Of a DNA stretch of 64,000 bases, positions 60,112 through 64,000 are shown one piece after another. The DNA is from Alphaproteobacteria bacterium (GTDB lineage Bacteria > Pseudomonadota > Alphaproteobacteria > DATDPM01), in contig JBGQJC010000006.1 in assembly GCA_041498815.1 (NCBI GenBank), positions 8,447-72,446 of the forward strand, read 5' to 3'. The stretch's first letter is position 1; each line of letters opens with the position of its first letter. Position numbers and translations under genes: made by a program. The notes under the pieces were generated by a model, which ran no database searches, was not told where the DNA came from, and saw nothing but the letters and a program-made list of their open reading frames with translations.

Positions 60112-60921
60112 TCAGTCCCGGGTTAGTCCCAGAACATCGCGCATGGAGTAGAGCCCGGGCGGTTTGCCGCGCGCCCAAAGTGCGGCTTTGAGCGCCCCCT
60201 TGGCGAAGATCTGGCGCGATTGCGCCTTGTGGGTGAGTTCGATCCGCTCGCCCTCGCCGGCAAAGACCACCGTGTGATCGCCGACCACATCGCCGCCGCG
60301 AAGCGAGGCAAAACCGATCGCACCTTGCACCCTTGGGCCCGTCATGCCGTCGCGCACGGCCACTTTATCGAATGACACGCCGCGGCCCTCCGCCGCCGCC
60401 TGGCCAAGCGCGAGTGCCGTGCCCGAGGGCGCATCGGCTTTGCCGCGGTGGTGGATCTCGGAAATCCCGATGTCGAATTCGGAACCCAAGGCGCGGGCCA
60501 CATCTTCCGTGACCGCGAGCAGCAGATTGACCCCCAGACTCATGTTGGGCGCCAAAACGATCGCGGCGTTGCGCGAAGCGGATTCGAGTTCGTCTTCCTG
60601 CTCGGGGCTTAGGCCCGTGGTGCCGATGACGTGGACGGCATGGACTTGGGCCGCGAACCCGGCGTTGATCGTGCTCGCGGCCGGCGTCGTGAAGTCGATC
60701 ACGGCATGGCAGGCGTTAAACGTCGCCGCCGGATCGTCGCCGACCGTCACGCCGAGGCGGCCCAATCCCGCCATTTCGCCGACGTCGCGGCCGACCCATT
60801 CGTGACGGCTCCGCTCCTGCGCCGCGCCGAGCTTGCACCCGGATGTCGCCAGCACTTCGCGCAGGAGCATCTGGCCCATGCGCCCGGCGCAACCCGTCAC
60901 TCCGATCCGGTAGTCCGACAT
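60112..60921 (-). CDS. dapB: 4-hydroxy-tetrahydrodipicolinate reductase
   Basis: GCAGRMG, IDFT, IGTTG and EIHHRGKADAPSGTA motifs. Confidence 0.97.
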   Translation of the reverse strand: MSDYRIGVTGCAGRMGQMLLREVLATSGCKLGAAQERSRHEWVGRDVGEMAGLGRLGVTVGDDPAATFNACHAVIDFTTPAASTINAGFAAQVHAVHVIGTTGLSPEQEDELESASRNAAIVLAPNMSLGVNLLLAVTEDVARALGSEFDIGISEIHHRGKADAPSGTALALGQAAAEGRGVSFDKVAVRDGMTGPRVQGAIGFASLRGGDVVGDHTVVFAGEGERIELTHKAQSRQIFAKGALKAALWARGKPPGLYSMRDVLGLTRD

Positions 60922-61038
60922 GTGGCTCCGTCCGCCTCGCTTAAGCGGCGGGATTTAACCACAGAGGCAGATGGGTTGCGAGGCGGGGATTGGGCGCGGC
61001 CACCGCGGCTTTGGCCGGCGCGGATAACCGATGCGCGG

Positions 61039-62169
61039 TTACTCCTTGAGGTCCTCCCACAACTCCCGGACCTTCTTCAGGAATCCTTCGGACTGCGGGT
61101 TGGTCTGTTCGCGGCTTCCGCTGCGCTCGAATTCGCGCAGCAGATCCTTCTGGTGGGCGCTCAGGTTTACCGGGGTTTCGACGGCCGCTTCCACCAGCAT
61201 GTCGCCTTTGGCGGCGCTTTGCAGCACCGGCATGCCTTTGCCCTTGAGGCGGAACTGGTGGCCCGACTGAGTTCCGGCCGGAACGGTGATCTTGGCACGG
61301 GCGCCCGAGATCGTCGGCACCTCGAGCGCGCCGCCCAAGCCCGCCGTCATCATGGTGATGGGGACGCGGCAATGGATGTTGGCACCCTCGCGCCGGAACA
61401 GGCGGTGCGGCTTCACCGACAGGAAGATGTAGAGGTCGCCGGGCGGAGCGCCCCGCAATCCCGCTTCGCCTTCGCCGGCCAATCTTATGCGGGTCCCGTC
61501 TTCGACGCCGGGCGGAATTCCGACCGACAGCGTGCGCTCCTTGTGCACTCTCCCGGCGCCGCGGCAACTGCGGCAGGGCTTTTCGATCACGCGGCCCGCG
61601 CCGTGGCAGCTTTGGCACGTGCGCTCGATGGTGAAGAAGCCCTGCTGGGCGCGGGTCTTGCCCCGGCCGTGGCAAATGGAGCAGGGAACGGCGCCCGACC
61701 CGCCTTCGCCGCCCGATCCCTTGCAATCCTCGCAGGCGACCGAGGTCGGCACGCGGATGCGCGCCTGTTTTCCGTGGAAGGCTTCTTCGAGCGAGATTTC
61801 GAGGTTGTAGCGGAGATCGCCGCCGCGAACGCCCCCGGTGGAGGTCCGCCTGCGGCCGCCCATGAATTCGCCGAACATTTCGTCGAAGATGTCGGCGAAA
61901 CCGGCGCTGAAATCGAAGCCGCCCGCGTGCATTTGCGCGGCGCCGTCGACTCCGGCGTGGCCGAAGCGGTCGTAGGCCGCGCGCTTGCCGGTATCTTTCA
62001 GGACGTCATGGGCTTCGTTGATCTCGCGGAACTTCTGCGCCGCGCGCTTGTCGTCGGGATTGCGGTCGGGATGGAAATCCATGGCCAGCTTGCGGAAGGC
62101 TTTCTTGATGTCTTCCGCGCTGGCGCTCCTGCCGACGCCCAGAGTCTCGTAATAATCTTGCTTCGCCAT
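61039..62169 (-). CDS. dnaJ: Chaperone DnaJ
   Basis: J domain with HPD; four CxxCxGxG repeats. Confidence 0.98.
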   Translation of the reverse strand: MAKQDYYETLGVGRSASAEDIKKAFRKLAMDFHPDRNPDDKRAAQKFREINEAHDVLKDTGKRAAYDRFGHAGVDGAAQMHAGGFDFSAGFADIFDEMFGEFMGGRRRTSTGGVRGGDLRYNLEISLEEAFHGKQARIRVPTSVACEDCKGSGGEGGSGAVPCSICHGRGKTRAQQGFFTIERTCQSCHGAGRVIEKPCRSCRGAGRVHKERTLSVGIPPGVEDGTRIRLAGEGEAGLRGAPPGDLYIFLSVKPHRLFRREGANIHCRVPITMMTAGLGGALEVPTISGARAKITVPAGTQSGHQFRLKGKGMPVLQSAAKGDMLVEAAVETPVNLSAHQKDLLREFERSGSREQTNPQSEGFLKKVRELWEDLKE

Positions 62170-62265
62170 GTCCTCCCGAAAGCGTGCGGCCCGCCCCCCG
62201 GACCGCGACCCTGGCGCGGATCAATGCCGCGCGGGTACCCGCTTGTTCCCCTGCGAAATTCCGGA

Positions 62266-64000
<1,735 letters not shown>

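Overview
A GC-rich alphaproteobacterial chromosome segment, most similar in gene order and protein style to Rhodospirillales (inferred, not database-confirmed). It is almost entirely core genome. Left to right: an Irr-linked rubrerythrin / Fe-S oxidoreductase / DUF3501 module; a flavin oxidoreductase; pnp-rpsO-truB-rbfA-infB-ylxR-nusA-rimP; trmB-metK-XRE-lnt-corC-ybeY-phoH-miaB-olsA-olsB-fur-mucR-rimI-tsaB; an envelope-enzyme islet (D-Ala-D-Ala dipeptidase, nitroreductase, polysaccharide deacetylase, Bax-like glucosaminidase); nfuA-USP-TIGR02186-TauE; trpS, glnD, a cysteine hydrolase, mutS; a complete Pho locus (phoR-porin-pstSCAB-phoU-phoB) with Pho boxes; pat-ald-ampG-PfkB kinase; EI24-bactofilin-lipoprotein; nth, DUF2244, dapB, dnaJ and partial dnaK. 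I saw no tRNA, rRNA, CRISPR array, transposase, integrase, prophage or defence gene, and I cannot honestly claim a wholly new system. The best leads are a near-perfect Irr (ICE) box abutting a consensus promoter for the rubrerythrin module, an apparent murJ deletion scar between glnD and trpS, the envelope-enzyme islet with a CtrA-type box, a palindromic Cheo-box-like operator upstream of the XRE gene, a mosaic phosphate porin, and the EI24-bactofilin-lipoprotein cluster. Many start codons were moved downstream of the supplied ORF-track starts. All product calls come from motif recognition and synteny, not from searches.
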